From contig CAVSGM010000001.1 in NCBI GenBank assembly GCA_963727485.1, positions 832,001 through 896,000 of the forward strand: DNA of 64,000 nt, written 5' to 3'. The DNA comes from an uncultured delta proteobacterium. Its GTDB lineage: Bacteria > Myxococcota > Myxococcia > SLRQ01. How positions within the stretch are numbered: the first letter of the stretch is position 1; each line of letters starts with the position of its first letter. A program made the translations under genes and the position numbers. Of the stretch, positions 1 to 10,543 are shown piece after piece. The notes below the pieces were generated by a model. The model was not told the DNA's origin. It saw nothing but the letters and a program-made list of their open reading frames with translations, and searched no databases.

Positions 1-660
1 TGGACGGTGGCCAACGTGGTGCTCCACGTCAGCATCGGCCTGGCCCTGGCGCTCCTGCTCAAGGAGCCGTGGCTCAAGCTCAAGGGCGTGTACCGGGCGC
101 TGCTGATCATCCCCTGGGCGGTGCCCAGCTACATCACCGCCCTCATCTGGAAGGGGATGTTCCAGAAGCAGTTCGGCGCCATCAACGGCCTGCTCACCGC
201 CGTCGGCCTCCAGCCGGTGAGCTGGTTCTCCCACTTCTGGACCGCCTTCACCGCCGACGTGGTCACCAATACCTGGCTGGGCTTCCCCTTCATGATGGTC
301 GTCGCCCTCGGGGCCCTCCAGTCCATCCCCACGGACCTCTACGAGGCCGCCGAGGTCGACGGCGCCAGCCGCTGGCAGCGCTTCCGCCACGTGACCCTGC
401 CGCTGCTCAAGCCCGCGATGCTCCCGGCGGTGATCCTGGGGATGGTCTGGACCTTCAACATGTTCAACGTCATCTACCTGGTCAGCAACGGCGCGCCGGG
501 CGGGGCCACGGACATCCTCATCAGCGACGCCTACCGCTGGGCCTTCGAGCGCGGGAGCCAGTACGGCTACGCCGCCGCCTACGCCACGCTGATCTTCATC
601 ATCCTGGTGGTCTACACCCTGGCCACCCGCAAGATCGCCGGCGGGGAGGAGCTCACGTGA
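1..660 (+). CDS. Sugar (maltose/maltodextrin-type) ABC transporter permease, MalF-like; 5' end outside window
   Basis: Multi-TM protein with EAA motif DLYEAAEVDGASRWQRFRHVTLPLLKP; open from the window edge. Confidence 0.9.
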   Translation, partial: WTVANVVLHVSIGLALALLLKEPWLKLKGVYRALLIIPWAVPSYITALIWKGMFQKQFGAINGLLTAVGLQPVSWFSHFWTAFTADVVTNTWLGFPFMMVVALGALQSIPTDLYEAAEVDGASRWQRFRHVTLPLLKPAMLPAVILGMVWTFNMFNVIYLVSNGAPGGATDILISDAYRWAFERGSQYGYAAAYATLIFIILVVYTLATRKIAGGEELT

Positions 661-1505
661 GAGGTCCCAAGCCCTGGCAGAAGGGGCTCACCCACGCCGC
701 CCTCTGGGTGGGGGTCTCGGTGGCCCTCTACCCGGTGCTCTGGGTGGTGAAGATGAGCTTCTCCAAGTCCCAGGCCTTCGGCCTCTCGGCGAGCCTGTGG
801 CCGGCGCACCCCACCCTTCAGAACTACATCGACGTGGTCAGCGACACCGACTCCGCCGGCCACTGGCTCTTCGGCCACCAGCTCTTCAACTCGGTGGTGG
901 TCTCCGCGGGCACCACGGTGCTGGGCATCTTCCTGGCGGTGACCGCGGCCTACGCCTTCTCGCGCTTCCGCTTCCCCGGCCGGCGCAACGGCCTGTTGCT
1001 CTTCCTGGTGACCCAGATGTTCCCCGGGGTGATGATGATGATCCCGGTCTACATCCTCATGGACCACCTGCACCTCTTGGGGAGCCTCACCGGCCTCATC
1101 CTGGTCTACGGCATCACCGCCATCCCCTTCTGCGTGTTCATGCTCAAGGGCTACTTCGACACCATCCCCAAGGAGCTCGAGGAGGCGGCGCTCATCGACG
1201 GCGCCTCCCAGTTCACCATCTTCTGGCGGGTGGTGCTGCCGTTGGCCAAGCCGGCGCTGGCGGTGACCGCGCTGTTCTCGTTCATGACCGCGTGGAACGA
1301 GTTCATCCTCGCCGCCACCTTCATGAACACCCAGATCCAGTTCACCCTCCCGGTGGCGCTCCAGCGCTACGTGGGGAGCTACTCCACCGAGTGGGGGCAC
1401 TTCGCGGCCGGGGCGATCATCGTCTCCATCCCGGTGGTGGTGCTCTTCTTCGCGCTCCAGAAGTACCTGGTGGGCGGGCTGACCGCCGGCGGGGTGAAGG
1501 GATAG
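657..1505 (+). CDS. Sugar ABC transporter permease, MalG-like
   Basis: GTG at 657 overlaps the upstream stop (GTGA); EAA motif ELEEAALIDGASQFTIFWRVVLP; C-terminus GLTAGGVKG. Confidence 0.9.
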   Translation: MRGPKPWQKGLTHAALWVGVSVALYPVLWVVKMSFSKSQAFGLSASLWPAHPTLQNYIDVVSDTDSAGHWLFGHQLFNSVVVSAGTTVLGIFLAVTAAYAFSRFRFPGRRNGLLLFLVTQMFPGVMMMIPVYILMDHLHLLGSLTGLILVYGITAIPFCVFMLKGYFDTIPKELEEAALIDGASQFTIFWRVVLPLAKPALAVTALFSFMTAWNEFILAATFMNTQIQFTLPVALQRYVGSYSTEWGHFAAGAIIVSIPVVVLFFALQKYLVGGLTAGGVKG

Positions 1506-1526
1506 GACCCCCGGGGGGGCGCGCCG

Positions 1527-3637
1527 ATGGCGAAGCAGGACGACGAGACGCCGCGGGACGCGCGCCTGCCGCCCGACGACGCCCCCGGGATCGCCCCGGA
1601 GGACCAGCGGTTCGCGACCGAGGACACGGTCCAGAGCGCGGTCCCGGACGGGCGCACCGACACCGCCGACGCCCGGGTCGACCTCGACGCCCCGGACCTG
1701 CGCTCCCCCCGGAGCCTCTTCGCCTCGGCGTGGTACGGCCCGCCGCCCTCGGTGGCACCCCCCCTCTACGACGCGCCCACCCGGACCCCGGCCAGCCGGC
1801 CCCCCGCCACCGGCGCCCCCGAGGCCCTGAAGCACGCGGCCTTCGACGACCGCTACGCCTACCGCAAGCCGCTCGGCGCCGGGGGCATGGGGGTGGTCAA
1901 CCTCTTCCGCGACCACACCATCGGCCGGGACGTGGCGATGAAGGTCGCCCGGCCGCTCGGCCCCGACACCCAGTCGCGGCTGCGCTTCGTCCGCGAGGCC
2001 CGGGTCCAGGGGCAGCTCGAGCACCCCTCGGTGGTCCCGGTCTACGACCTGGGCCTCGATCCCAAGGGCGACGTCTACTTCACCATGCAGCGGGTCCGGG
2101 GCGTCTCGCTCGCCGACGTCATCGACGGGCTCAAGGGCGGAGACGAGGCGATCTCCTCCCTCTGGACCCTGCGCCGGCGCCTGGCGGTGTTCAACCAGGT
2201 GTGCCTGGCGGTGGACTTCGTCCACCACCGGGGCGTGATCCACCGGGATTCTCAAGCCCGACAACATCATGCTCGGGGACTACGGAGAGGTGTACCTCCT
2301 CGACTGGGGCCTGGCGAAGGTGCACGGGGCCGCGGAGATCTCCCACGCCACCGAGCGCCCCGAGGAGGACGCCGAGCACACCGCCCCGGGCCGGGTGGAC
2401 GCCTTCGACGGCGCCGAGACCATCGCCGGGGAGATGCTGGGCACCCCGGGGTACATGGCCCCCGAGCAGATGCAGGGCGCCGAGGACCTCGACGGCCGGG
2501 CCGACATCTACGCCCTGGGCGCGATCCTCTTCGAGCTGCTCACCCTCGCGCTCCTCCACCGGCAGGACAGCCGCGCCTCGGTGATCCACGCCACCCTCAA
2601 GACCGACGGGGCGCGCCCGGCCGAGCGGTGCCCCGAGGCCCAGGTGCCCCCGGAGCTCGACGCCCTGGTCCACCAGTGTACCCGCCTCGACCCCTCCAAA
2701 CGGCCCCCCTCCGCCCGCGACGTCTCCCGGGCGGTGGAGGCCTACCTCGACGGAGACCGGGACCTGGCGCTGCGCCGGGACCTCGCGGCCCAGCGAGCCG
2801 AGAGCGCCCGGGCGTCCTTCGCCGCGGTCCGGGACGGGACCGGAGACGAGACCGAGGCGCGGCGGCAGGCGATGCGCCAGGTGACCGCCGCCCTGGCCCT
2901 GGATCCCGACAACCGGGTGGCCCGGGAGACGCTGGTCCGCCTCCTCGCCGAGCCGCCCCGGCACATGCCCCCGGAGGCGGCGGCCGAGCTCGCGGCTCGG
3001 GAGACCGCCCGGATGCAGTGGGCGGGGAAGGCGGCGGTCGCCGGCTACTTCGGCTTCATCCTCTACCTGCCCTTCGTGTTCTGGGCCGGGGTGCGCAGCT
3101 GGCCGGCGCTGCTCGCGGTGATGGGCTGCACCGCCCTCTCGGCGGCGACCACCTGGTACTACGTGAAGCGCCCCCCGGCGTCCCGCAAGGTCACCTGGCC
3201 CCACCTGCTGCAGCACCAACCTCACCGTGGCCGTCGCCGCGGTGATGCTCGGGCCCCTGGTCCTGGTGCCGCTCCTGGCCCTGGGGAACACGGTCCTCTA
3301 CCTCACCGCCCTCGACGACCAGCGCCCGCGGATCATCGTCCTCGGCCTCCTGGCGGTGGCGGTGCCCACGGTCCTCCAGTGGGTCGGTGTGCTCCCGCCG
3401 AGCTACGCGGTGGCCGGCGGCGTCCTCGAGGTGATGCCCCGGATGATCCACTTCCCGCCGGTGCCCACCATGGTCTTCCTCCTGGCGGTGCAGCTGTTCA
3501 TCATCGCCACCGCCGCCTTCTTCGTGGCCCGCCTGCGGCGGCGCTACACCCGGGCCGAGCGGCGCATCCATCTCCACACCTGGCAGCTGCGCCAGGTGGT
3601 GCCCGCCGACGCGCCGGAGCCCGGCCCCGAGGCGTAG
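1527..3637 (+). CDS. Hanks-type Ser/Thr protein kinase with C-terminal multi-TM region (frameshifts at ~2250 and ~3212)
   Basis: LGAGGMG, VAMK, HRD[L]KPDN (restored by removing one T at 2247-2251), DWG, GTPGYMAPEQ; TM segments continue in the 3227..3637 frame. Confidence 0.85.
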
Positions 3638-3689
3638 CGCGCCGCCCTGGCTCCCGCCGGCGTTCCCGGACGGCGCGGCAAGGCCTAGG

Positions 3690-4211
3690 ATGCGCCCCGT
3701 GCCCGGCCCGACCCTCGAGCCCCTCGCGGACGATCCCGCCACCGTGGCCGCCCTCCAGGCGGTCCTGGCGGGGGCGCCGGCCCTCAACCTGCTGGCCTGC
3801 GGCGTACCCCCGCAGCCCGGGGACGCCCAGAAGCTCCTCGAGGACCTGCCGCCGGGCCGCACCCACGCCGACAAGGAGGTCCTCGGGATCCGGTACCAGG
3901 GCGAGCTCGTCGGCTGCGTGGACCTGGTGCGTGGCTTCCCGGATGCGCGGACCGTCTTCGTGGGGCTCTTCCTCCTGGTCGAGCGGCTCCATCGCCAGGG
4001 CCTCGGGCGCGCGGCCTGGGCCGCGGTGGAGGCGCGCCTCCGAGAGGTCCCCGGCCTCGCGCGCCTGCGCCTGGCGGTCCTCGCCGAGAACGCCCCGGCC
4101 CGGGGGTTCTGGCCCGCCATGGGTTTCGTCCGCACCGGCGAGGTCCGCCCCTGGCACCAGGGGAGGGTTCACACCGAGGCGTTTCTATACGACAAGCCCT
4201 TCGTCACCTGA
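3690..4211 (+). CDS. GNAT family N-acetyltransferase
   Basis: Motif A HRQGLGR and C-terminal N.PARGFW..MGF. Confidence 0.85.
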   Translation: MRPVPGPTLEPLADDPATVAALQAVLAGAPALNLLACGVPPQPGDAQKLLEDLPPGRTHADKEVLGIRYQGELVGCVDLVRGFPDARTVFVGLFLLVERLHRQGLGRAAWAAVEARLREVPGLARLRLAVLAENAPARGFWPAMGFVRTGEVRPWHQGRVHTEAFLYDKPFVT

Positions 4212-4272
4212 CCGGCGGTGTCAGACCCGGCGGCCTCCGCCGGTCGACGCCGCCCACCGTCGGGAGATCCCC

Positions 4273-4476
4273 ATGACCCTCGCCAAAGCTGCCATCCGCT
4301 CCCTCGTCGAGGCCGTGTTCATCGGCACCGGCCTGGTGATCCTCGCCCGCCTCCTCGGGGGCTTTCTCGCCTACCACGCCGGGGTCGACGATTTCGAGTT
4401 CCTCGGCGTCGCGCTCCTCGTCTACGTGGTCGCCATGACCGCCTACCGCTTCAAGCTCCAGGGAGGTTCCCGATGA
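4273..4476 (+). CDS. Small 2-TM membrane protein
   Basis: GGAG RBS before ATG 4273; two hydrophobic helices; stop overlaps the next ATG (ATGA). Confidence 0.65.
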   Translation: MTLAKAAIRSLVEAVFIGTGLVILARLLGGFLAYHAGVDDFEFLGVALLVYVVAMTAYRFKLQGGSR

Positions 4477-5381
4477 AGGCCCGCCTCGCCCTCGCCATCG
4501 GCATCGTCGTCGTCGCCGCCGGCATCTTCCTCTTCACCGTCGGCTCCACCATGGTCGAGCCGGGCTTCGTGGGCATCCGGGTGAACAAGCTCGGCACCCA
4601 GCGAGACATCAGCAACGTGAAGACCGTGGTCGGCCGGGTGTTCTTCAACCCGCTCACCACCGAGATCGTCACCTACCCCACCAAGGTGCAGCGGATCATC
4701 TGGACCCGCAGCCGCACCGAGGGGAGCCTCCACGACGACTCCTTCGACTTCAACTCCAGCGGTGGCGTGTCGCTCAACGCCGACGTGAGCATCGCGGTAT
4801 CGATCAAGCCCGATGACGCCTCGCGGATCTACACCAAGTACCGGGCGCCGCTGGAGACGCTGGTCGACGGCATCATCCGCGACATCGTCCGCGACGGCAT
4901 CGCCCGGGCGGCGAGCGAGCGAACCGCCGACGAGATCGTGGGCCAGGGCCGGGAGAAGTTCCGCTCGGCGGCCTACGCCTACATCAAGGACCGTCTCGCC
5001 ACCGAGGGCTTCACCCTCGACAACTTCTCCCTCATCGGCAGCGTCCGGGTGCCGCCGGCGATCCAGAAGACCATCGACGAGAAGATCGCCGCCAGCCAGA
5101 AGGCCCTCACCGCCCAGGTGCGGCTCCAGGAGGTCAAGGCCGAGGCCGCCCAGAGGGTCGAGGCCGCCCAGGGCGACGCCCAGGCCACGCTGGTCCGGGC
5201 CAAGGCCCAGGCCGAGGCGAACAAGACCCTGGCCGCGTCGCTGACCCCCGCGGTCATCCAGTACCAGACCCTGCAGCTGATGCAGCAGAAGTGGGATGGG
5301 CGCCTCCCCCAGGTCTCCGGGGGCGGCGGGACCGGCCTGGGCATGCTGCTCCAGGTGCCTTCCTCCACCCGGCACCCCTGA
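4473..5381 (+). CDS. SPFH/Band-7 (prohibitin/stomatin-like) protein
   Basis: GGAGG RBS; N-terminal TM, VEPGFVGIRV, AEA-rich coiled coil, KWDGRLPQV tail. Confidence 0.85.
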   Translation: MKARLALAIGIVVVAAGIFLFTVGSTMVEPGFVGIRVNKLGTQRDISNVKTVVGRVFFNPLTTEIVTYPTKVQRIIWTRSRTEGSLHDDSFDFNSSGGVSLNADVSIAVSIKPDDASRIYTKYRAPLETLVDGIIRDIVRDGIARAASERTADEIVGQGREKFRSAAYAYIKDRLATEGFTLDNFSLIGSVRVPPAIQKTIDEKIAASQKALTAQVRLQEVKAEAAQRVEAAQGDAQATLVRAKAQAEANKTLAASLTPAVIQYQTLQLMQQKWDGRLPQVSGGGGTGLGMLLQVPSSTRHP

Positions 5382-5528
5382 CCCGGGCCGGTCCTGGCGG
5401 CGCATTCGGCGTAGAGGCGCTATCCTACGGGGGCGCGACCGTCGACCGCCGCCGGGCCCCGGGGGGCCCGAGCCCGAGTCAGACGGGGGCCGGGGCCGCG
5501 TCCCACACGCAGCTTGGGAGAAACGATC

Positions 5529-6302
5529 ATGCACGCACATCTGCTCATGAGCCCCTTCGCCCTCCTCGCCGGAGCCGGCGGGGTGGAGGCCGTGGCCCAG
5601 TTCCTGGCGTTTCCGCCGGTGTCCGCCCTCCTGGTGGCCACCGGCTTCCTCGGGCTGCTCCTCGAGTTCAAGACCGCCGGCTGGGGGGTGGGTGGCACCA
5701 TCGGGGTCGTCGCCTTCGGGCTCTTCTTCTGGTCCCACATGACGCTCGGCTACGCCGGCTGGGAGTCGGTGCTGATGGTGGCCGTGGGGCTGACGCTCCT
5801 GGCCCTGGAGATCTTCGTGATCCCGGGCTTCGGCGTCGCCGGGACCCTGGGGCTGGTGGCGACCTTCGGCGGCATCTTCCTCGCCCTCGTCGGCGACCTC
5901 CACGGCGTCACCGAGGCCCGCGTGGTCACGGCCGCCGGCACCCTCGGGGGCGCGGTGCTCCTGGTGGGCGGCGGCGCCGTCGCCCTGGTCAGGTGGCTGC
6001 CCAACAGCCGGCACCTCGACCGGATGGTCCTCAAGGACAGCGTGGAGCGGCTCACCCCGCCAAGGGAGGACCCCTACCGCGCCTGGGAGAAGGACCTGCC
6101 CTCGGAGGCCACCTCCCTCAACGGCCACCAGGGGGTGGCGGTCACCGACCTGCGCCCGGTGGGAACCGCCGAGATTGACGGCACCGAGGTCCACGTCGTG
6201 ACCCGGGGCAGCTACGTCGACAAGGGGACCCGGATCGAGGTGGTCGAGGACTCGGGCTACCGCAAGGTCGTCCGCCCGGCCGCCGAAACCGAAACCGATT
6301 GA
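5529..6302 (+). CDS. nfeD: NfeD-family membrane protein (YqeZ-like, lacking the N-terminal protease domain)
   Basis: Multi-TM region with LEIFVIPGFGVAG and C-terminal OB-fold AVTDLRPVGTAEIDG; upstream of floA. Confidence 0.85.
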   Translation: MHAHLLMSPFALLAGAGGVEAVAQFLAFPPVSALLVATGFLGLLLEFKTAGWGVGGTIGVVAFGLFFWSHMTLGYAGWESVLMVAVGLTLLALEIFVIPGFGVAGTLGLVATFGGIFLALVGDLHGVTEARVVTAAGTLGGAVLLVGGGAVALVRWLPNSRHLDRMVLKDSVERLTPPREDPYRAWEKDLPSEATSLNGHQGVAVTDLRPVGTAEIDGTEVHVVTRGSYVDKGTRIEVVEDSGYRKVVRPAAETETD

Positions 6303-6349
6303 CGGCAAGGGGTGCCTTGCCTCGCGCCTGAATACACAAGGAGAACCGG

Positions 6350-7330
6350 ATGAACTTCTTCATCATCGTCGCCGCCGGTGTGGCTCTCGTCTTCTTCATC
6401 ATCCTCTTCAGCTTCGTCCCCATCGGCCTTTGGATCACCGCGCTCTTCTCCGGGGTGCGGGTATCGCTCGGGAACCTCATCGGGATGCGGCTGCGGAAGG
6501 TCAACCCCCAGACCATCATCCGCCCCAAGATCAGCGCCACCAAGGCCGACATCGATCTCTCCATCCAGCAGATGGAGGCCCACTACCTCGCCGGCGGCAA
6601 CGTCCCCAAGGTGGTCGCCGCGATCATCTCCGCCGACCGCGCCAACATCCACCTGCCCTGGCGGATGGCCGCGGCCATCGACCTCGCCGGCCGTGACGTC
6701 CTCGAGGCGGTGCAGGTCTCGGTCAACCCCAAGGTCATCGAGACCCCCCGGGTGTCCGCGGTGGCCAAGGACGGCATCCAGCTGGTGGCCACCGCCCGGG
6801 TGACCGTGCGCGCCAACATCGAGCGCCTGGTCGGCGGCGCCGGCGAGGAGACCATCCTCGCCCGGGTCGGCGAGGGCACCGTGTCGGCCATCGGCTCCGC
6901 CGACACCCACAGCATGGTCCTGGAGAACCCCGACAGCATCTCCAAGCTGGTGCTCGCCAAGGGCCTCGACTCCGGCACCGCCTACGAGATCCTCTCCATC
7001 GACATCGCCGACGTGGACGTGGGCAAGAACATCGGCGCCCACCTCCAGAGCGAGCAGGCCGAGGCGGACATGCGCATCGCCCAGGCCAAGGCCGAGGAGC
7101 GGCGCGCCATGGCCGTGGCCCTGGAGCAGGAGATGCGGGCCAACGTCGAGGAGATGCGGGCCAAGGTGGTCGAGGCCGAGGCCCAGGTGCCCCTGGCCAT
7201 GGCCGAGGCCTTCCGCGCCGGCAACCTCGGCGTCATGGACTACTACAAGATGAAGAACGTCGACGCCGACACCAAGATGCGTGACGCCCTCTCGGGCCAC
7301 CGGAGCGGGAACACGCCGGGGCAGGCATGA
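6350..7330 (+). CDS. floA: Flotillin-like protein FloA (YqfA)
   Basis: [60 protein letters not shown]. Confidence 0.95.
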   Translation: MNFFIIVAAGVALVFFIILFSFVPIGLWITALFSGVRVSLGNLIGMRLRKVNPQTIIRPKISATKADIDLSIQQMEAHYLAGGNVPKVVAAIISADRANIHLPWRMAAAIDLAGRDVLEAVQVSVNPKVIETPRVSAVAKDGIQLVATARVTVRANIERLVGGAGEETILARVGEGTVSAIGSADTHSMVLENPDSISKLVLAKGLDSGTAYEILSIDIADVDVGKNIGAHLQSEQAEADMRIAQAKAEERRAMAVALEQEMRANVEEMRAKVVEAEAQVPLAMAEAFRAGNLGVMDYYKMKNVDADTKMRDALSGHRSGNTPGQA

Positions 7331-8070
7331 ACTTCGTCATCGTCGTCGCCATCGGCACGATCATCATCGTGACCCGGCTGGCCTCCTGGGCGCAGAAGCA
7401 GCAGCGCATCGCCCAGGGGCGCCTGCCGTCCGCCAGCGATGACCCGGCCCGGCCCGAGGGGCTCCTCGACGTTCTCCGGGACCTCGACCAGCAGCTCGGC
7501 CAGACCTCGGGTCGGACGGTGCAGACCCGCGTGCCGGGCCCCCGGCCCCCGGTGACCACCGCGGTGCGCGGGGGCGGGGTGCCCTCCCGCCGAGGGCCCC
7601 TCGGCGAGCCCCTGGACGCGAACCGGGGCAGCCGCGGGCCCCTCGGCGAGAGCCTCGGTGGGCGCGGCGGCGCCTTCGGGCCCCTGGGGGAGCCTCTGGG
7701 AGCCCAGGCCCGAAGGTCGGCCCCGGTCGCGGCCCGGCCCGTGGGCCTGACCCCGGGGCTGCCGACCCGTGTGCCCGGGCAGGTCCCCGCCCGCCGCGGC
7801 GAGACCGGGGTCGCCGGCAACGCGCACAACGCCCGGGAGGACGTGGCGGCGAAGCCGGCCGCCTCGCGCCCCGTGCCGGCGGTGGCGAAGCTCGGGGCCC
7901 GGCCCTCCAGGGCGCTGGAGGTCGGGGTGCCGAAGATCGAGCACCCCAAGGGCACGGACCCGGCCGCCGGAGGGCGGCGCCTGGCCCACGCCCTGCTCCA
8001 GACCAACGACGGTCGCCAGGCCGCGGTGATCCTCACGGAGATCTTCGGGCCGCCGGTGGGCCAGCGCTGA
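7327..8070 (+). CDS. YqfB-like hypothetical protein (N-terminal TM, low-complexity middle)
   Basis: ATGA overlap with floA; C-terminal [14 protein letters not shown] resembles the tail of proteins that follow floA. Confidence 0.6.
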   Translation: MNFVIVVAIGTIIIVTRLASWAQKQQRIAQGRLPSASDDPARPEGLLDVLRDLDQQLGQTSGRTVQTRVPGPRPPVTTAVRGGGVPSRRGPLGEPLDANRGSRGPLGESLGGRGGAFGPLGEPLGAQARRSAPVAARPVGLTPGLPTRVPGQVPARRGETGVAGNAHNAREDVAAKPAASRPVPAVAKLGARPSRALEVGVPKIEHPKGTDPAAGGRRLAHALLQTNDGRQAAVILTEIFGPPVGQR

Positions 8071-8146
8071 CGACGGCCGCGGCCATCCGCGTTATGCTCC
8101 GGGGGATCCTGGTGGCTGGGGAGCCACCGCACCCGGAGATCCGCGG

Positions 8147-10258
8147 ATGAAGCGTCTCGTCTTGGTCAGCCTCGCAGCCGGCCTCCTCGCCGCCTGTGGC
8201 GGCAGCGGCCAGATCATCGGCAGCGCCGACGGTGGGCCCCACGCAGACGGTGGGGCCGTCGACGCCGGCGACGCCGGGCAGCCCGACGGCGGCGCCGACG
8301 GAGGGGCCGACGGAGGGGTCACGGGCACCCTCACCGGCCTCGACCCGGCCACCGGTCCCCTCGCCGGAGGCACGGCGGTGGAGGTCCGGGGCACCGGCTT
8401 CGTCGCCGGCCTCGGGGTGACCCTCGGGGGCGACGCCTGCACCGGCCTGGTGGTGATCTCGGACACCCGGGCCTCGTGCAACACCCCGGCCCACGCCACC
8501 GCCGAGGCCGTGGACGTGACCGCCACCTGGCCCGGGGGCGCCACCGCGACCCTCACCGGCGCCTTCACCTACCAGTCGGCGCCCCCGGCCACCGTGGACT
8601 ACGCCCAGCTCTTCGACCCGGCCACCGACCCCACCGTGACCAGCGGGAGCACCGTCACCGTCTCCGCCCAGGTCTACGTCGCCGCGGTCACCCCCGGGGC
8701 GGGGCAGGGCGCCGGGGTCACCGCCCAGGTGGGCTTCGGACCCGCCACCGCCGACCCGTCGGCCGACGCCTCGGCGTTCACCTTCACCGCGCTGGCCTAC
8801 ACCGGCGACGCCGACGGGCTGACCCCCGGCGACCAGGCCAACGACGTCTACGGGGGCGACGTGGCCGTGCCGGCCCAGGCCGGGAGCTACCGCCTGGCGG
8901 TGCGGTTCAGCCTCGACGGCACCACCTGGACCTACGCCGACCGGACCGGCACCGCCGACGGCTTCGCCGCAAGCGACCTGCCCACCGTCACCGTCCAGGC
9001 GCCGGCCCAGCCGGGCATCGGCTACGCGAAGCTCCTCCAGCCGGCGGCCGACGCGACCGTCGCCGGGGGCAACCTGATCCCCGTCTCCGCCGAGGTCTAC
9101 GTGGCCGGGGTCACGCCCGGTACGGGCCAGGGGGGCGGGGTCCACGCCCAGGTGGGCTTCGGCCCTGCCACCGCGGACCCGAAGGCCAACCCCTCGGCGT
9201 TCAACTTCACCGACCTCCAGTACACCGGCGACTCCGACGGGCTGAACCCCGGCGACCAGGCCAACGACGTGTACGGGGGGAGCGTCGCCGCGCCCGCCGC
9301 CGACGGGAGCTATCGCGTGGTGGTGCGCTTCACCCTCGACGCCGCCACCTACACCTACGCCGACCTCACCGGGACCGCCGACGGCTTCGCCGCCACCGAC
9401 CTGCCCACGATCACGGTGTCCAACACCACGACCGTCGCCATCGACTACTGCGAGCTCCACTACCCGGCGACCCTCCTCGGGGCTCCGGGGCAGCGCACCG
9501 ACCTGGTCTACGGCTGGGTCTACACCGCCGGGGTCACCGACCAGTCGGGCCAGGCCGCGGGGATCGAAGCCCAGGTCGGCGTGGGGGCCCCGGGCACCGA
9601 TCCCGCCACCGACGCCTCGTGGACCTTCGCCAACGCCCAGTACAACACCGACACCAACAACGGCGCCAACGACGAGTACATGGCGGCGATCACCGCGCCC
9701 ACCGCCCCCGGAAGCTACGACTACGCCTACCGGTTCAGCGGCGACGGGGGCCAGACCTGGACCTACTGCGACCTGGCGAGCCAGAACGGCTCCACCGACG
9801 GCTACCAGCCCGCGGGGGCGGGCAAGCTCACGGTGATCACGCCGACGGTGGACTACTGCGAGCTCCACTACCCGGCGACCCTGAGCGGCACGGTGAACCA
9901 GAGCACGGGCCTCACGGTCTATGGCTGGGTCTACAAGGCGGGGGTGACCGACACTGGGAGCCAGGGGCCCTACATCGAGGCCGAGGTCGGGGTCGGAGGC
10001 CACGGGAGCGATCCCACCGCCTCGTCGTCGGGGTGGACCTGGTACAGCGCCGCCTACCACGGGAAGGCGCCGGGCAACGCCAACAACGACGAGTACATGG
10101 GCGACCTCACGGCGCCCGGCACCGCCGGCACCTACGACTACGCCTACCGGTTCCGGATCCAGGGCGGGAGCACCTGGACCTACTGCGACCTGCAAAGCCA
10201 GAACGGCTCGACGGACGGGTACCAGACCGCCGGGGCCGGGGTGCTCACGGTCCAGTGA
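8147..10258 (+). CDS. Surface lipoprotein: IPT/TIG domain plus four ~135-aa beta-sandwich repeats (two pairs)
   Basis: Lipobox LLAAC; IPT signature GPLAGGTAVEVRGTGF; repeated VY.AGVT...AQVG.G...ND.Y...G.Y...RF...T.TY.D. Confidence 0.8.
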   Translation: MKRLVLVSLAAGLLAACGGSGQIIGSADGGPHADGGAVDAGDAGQPDGGADGGADGGVTGTLTGLDPATGPLAGGTAVEVRGTGFVAGLGVTLGGDACTGLVVISDTRASCNTPAHATAEAVDVTATWPGGATATLTGAFTYQSAPPATVDYAQLFDPATDPTVTSGSTVTVSAQVYVAAVTPGAGQGAGVTAQVGFGPATADPSADASAFTFTALAYTGDADGLTPGDQANDVYGGDVAVPAQAGSYRLAVRFSLDGTTWTYADRTGTADGFAASDLPTVTVQAPAQPGIGYAKLLQPAADATVAGGNLIPVSAEVYVAGVTPGTGQGGGVHAQVGFGPATADPKANPSAFNFTDLQYTGDSDGLNPGDQANDVYGGSVAAPAADGSYRVVVRFTLDAATYTYADLTGTADGFAATDLPTITVSNTTTVAIDYCELHYPATLLGAPGQRTDLVYGWVYTAGVTDQSGQAAGIEAQVGVGAPGTDPATDASWTFANAQYNTDTNNGANDEYMAAITAPTAPGSYDYAYRFSGDGGQTWTYCDLASQNGSTDGYQPAGAGKLTVITPTVDYCELHYPATLSGTVNQSTGLTVYGWVYKAGVTDTGSQGPYIEAEVGVGGHGSDPTASSSGWTWYSAAYHGKAPGNANNDEYMGDLTAPGTAGTYDYAYRFRIQGGSTWTYCDLQSQNGSTDGYQTAGAGVLTVQ

Positions 10259-10543
10259 TGGCGGACGGGGCCTCGAAGGTGCCCCCGGCCCTCCGGGCGG
10301 CCTACGCGCGCCAGTGCCAGGACGAGGGCGTCCCCCTCGTCGAGTTCGTCGACGAGGCCCGGGGCGCGCACCCGGTGGCCGATTCTGGTGGCCCTGATCG
10401 ACGAGGTGGAGGCCGAGGTCCTGGAGAACCTGGCGCTGATGGCCCAGGCGCGCCCGGAGCTGGAGCCGGTGGCCGCCGAGCGCGTCGAGTCGGTGCGCCG
10501 GGAGCTGGCGGCGCTCAAGGCCACCCTGGAGGGCGGCGGGTGA
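10258..10543 (+). CDS. Small helical hypothetical protein (frameshift at 10381-10385)
   Basis: ATG overlaps the upstream TGA; removing one T from GATTC gives a continuous frame ending at the TGA that overlaps the next GTG. Confidence 0.6.

Noticed and set aside
4219..4245. TGTCAGA-N16-GGTC as an ECF41-like promoter
   Set aside because: It has two mismatches to a short consensus and no ECF sigma gene is nearby; the evidence is too weak
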